From an uncultured Methanomicrobiales archaeon (GTDB lineage Archaea; Halobacteriota; Methanomicrobia; Methanomicrobiales; Methanospirillaceae): a DNA stretch of 64,000 nucleotides. A program made the translations under genes and the position numbers. The notes under the pieces are model-generated. The model saw only the letters and a list, made by a program, of their open reading frames with translations. It was not told the DNA's origin and did no database searches. Where the stretch lies: contig CAVWXH010000005.1 of the NCBI GenBank assembly GCA_963758915.1, positions 68,936 through 132,935 of the forward strand. Direction: 5' to 3'. Below, piece by piece: positions 62,387 to 64,000 of the stretch. The first letter of the stretch is position 1. Every line of letters begins with the position of its first letter.

Positions 62387-63343
62387 TTCAGCAATTTCTG
62401 TAAATTTTTCAAAATGATGATTTTTTCCAAATAATAAGAATAAAATCCTGTCTTTCCATGTAAAATCGAAGTTACCACCGGCAGCATGCGGGTGGCCTCC
62501 ACCCCGGTACTCCCGCGTAATGAGGTGACTTACCGGTGGTACAGACCTCAGGGAAAATCTACCCCCCCGGGAAATTATTACTTCTATGTCGGTACCAAGG
62601 GTTTTCCTGATATAGGCCGCGGTCTCACTAGGGTACCCGAAGAGCGGGGCAAATGCAATGTTATATTTCTTCCCCATTATCACCGCTTTCCGCCTGCTTT
62701 TTTCCATCATCTGTTCCATTTCCTGCCTGATATCGTTGTACTCTCTCTCTATCAGTGGATCGGAAAAAACACCGTTTTTAAGGCAGTCACGCACATGGGT
62801 AAGATTTTCCCGTCTCTGGAGGACCTGACCTAGTACCGCCGCTCTCGGGTCTTCGTTTTTCCACAGGTCGTAATCACAGACCACCCTTGCAACTTCCTGA
62901 GCAACAGGGTTGTCCGGTTGCAGGTCTGTAGCGCAGATCCCGCACCCGCACCTGTTCGTGTCAATATGGAGGAGGTCGACACTTTTTTCAACAACGGCGA
63001 CCTCTTCATCTGTCCACCGGTGATGATCACGCCATTCGACTTTCCAATTGTTAACCTTCAATTTTTTAACGGACCTTTCTGCGCCCCGTGGAAAGCCGAG
63101 ATCGCTGATGCTGATCAGGTCCCCGTTGCCAGGAAGATCTGCTATCGCATTCAGCAGGAGTGGAAATTTTCCGACAGATGAAAAAATGGAGACTATCTCT
63201 CCAAATTTCATGCGGTGAATGGCATCGGCACCGGCGGCATCAAGGTCGTTATGCGTCAGGTGAATTACATGAGAGGACCTGTCCCTGACAAGCCCAATCT
63301 CTGGCATTTCCTCTTCTGTACCCTTCATCAACCTGATACCCAT
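62378..63343 (-). CDS. DHH/DHHA1 family phosphoesterase
   Basis: THNDLDA, SDLG, RDHH and GGGHPHAAG motifs; start approximate. Confidence 0.85.
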   Translation of the reverse strand: MGIRLMKGTEEEMPEIGLVRDRSSHVIHLTHNDLDAAGADAIHRMKFGEIVSIFSSVGKFPLLLNAIADLPGNGDLISISDLGFPRGAERSVKKLKVNNWKVEWRDHHRWTDEEVAVVEKSVDLLHIDTNRCGCGICATDLQPDNPVAQEVARVVCDYDLWKNEDPRAAVLGQVLQRRENLTHVRDCLKNGVFSDPLIEREYNDIRQEMEQMMEKSRRKAVIMGKKYNIAFAPLFGYPSETAAYIRKTLGTDIEVIISRGGRFSLRSVPPVSHLITREYRGGGHPHAAGGNFDFTWKDRILFLLFGKNHHFEKFTEIAESF

Positions 63344-63447
63344 CCCCAAAGGATCCAGCATGCAGATATAAAAAAGGATAGGATCGCACGTTGTTTTGTC
63401 AGAATGCAAATCATTTATTAATCTTTACGTCAAATATGTAATCCCGC

Positions 63448-63521
63448 GCCTTAGTAGCTCAGTTTGGGAGAGCGCCAGACTGAAGATCTGGTTGTCCCCG
63501 GTTCAAATCCGGGCTGAGGCA
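63448..63521 (+). tRNA. tRNA-Phe(GAA)
   Basis: Acceptor GCCTTAG/CTGAGGC; anticodon arm CCAGA-CTGAAGA-TCTGG. Confidence 0.96.
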
Positions 63522-63712
63522 CTTTTAATTGAGCGATTATATGGGCTTATTTTAAGATTCAAGGGCTAAAATATAGATATTTATTGTTAATTTTTCCAAA
63601 TAAGGCTGGTGCAATTGACCATCATGTCCGCAAACTGTGTTGGTCCCTCCTCTCCCTTAGTCCAAGATTGCATCAATAAGCCCTGATTTTGAATCCCTTA
63701 TACTAGCAATAT

Positions 63713-64000
63713 TTACCTGGCCGGGACCATCCGGGCAAGGTCGGCTTCGACAGTCGTGTTGGGTTTGAGATCGAAATTTTTCACGAGCACATCGAGCACC
63801 GTTGGGGAGACAAACGCCGGAAGTTTTGGACCGAGCGTGATGTCTTTTACGCCGAGGGACAACAATGAAAGCAGGACCAGGACCGCCTTCTGTTCGTACC
63901 ATGCGATATTGTACGAGACCGGCAGTTCGTTGATGCCGACACCGAATGCCTTGGCAAGTGCCTGTGCAATCACGACCAGGGAGTAGCAGTCATTACACTG
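63713..64000 (-). CDS. hcp: Hydroxylamine reductase (hybrid-cluster protein), 3' end only
   Basis: QCNDCYSL...[18 protein letters not shown]...LGPKLPAF. Confidence 0.93.
   Translation of the reverse strand, partial: QCNDCYSLVVIAQALAKAFGVGINELPVSYNIAWYEQKAVLVLLSLLSLGVKDITLGPKLPAFVSPTVLDVLVKNFDLKPNTTVEADLARMVPAR

Noticed and set aside
1-64000. CRISPR array, prophage or defence system
   Set aside because: No regularly spaced short repeats, and no cas, integrase, capsid or restriction-modification genes were recognised.

Overview
This window comes from an archaeal chromosome, most consistent with a Methanomicrobiales methanogen (Methanoregula/Methanolinea-like). That assignment is inferred from gene content such as NrpRII, a cupin PGI, an AguB-AguA fusion and an exosome-less proteasome superoperon. 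Layout: 1-17 kb is a membrane and ion-homeostasis region (BASS transporter, cls, two K+-channel-family genes, NhaP, Ca2+-ATPase) carrying three copies of a ~355-bp MITE. 17.8-34.6 kb and 42.5-54 kb are mostly housekeeping genes. 34.7-42.2 kb is a cluster of secreted beta-rich paralogues resembling sheath proteins, including a tandem duplication. The window also has three tRNAs (Tyr with intron, Asp, Phe), an IS1634-family element, metG and the 3' end of hcp. Top leads: (1) a ~480-nt, apparently independently transcribed, densely base-paired and pseudoknotted non-coding region at 17250-17730 that matches no RNA class I recognise; (2) a five-member family of putative sheath (MspA-like) proteins with a swappable insert site and a mini C-terminal-domain paralogue; (3) a leuA-family gene with no in-frame AUG, overlapped by a leaderless uORF containing CUU-CUU. 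Caveat: many genes, including nadE and thiL, have 1-nt frameshifts, so uncorrected sequencing indels are likely. All calls were made by eye; no searches were run.
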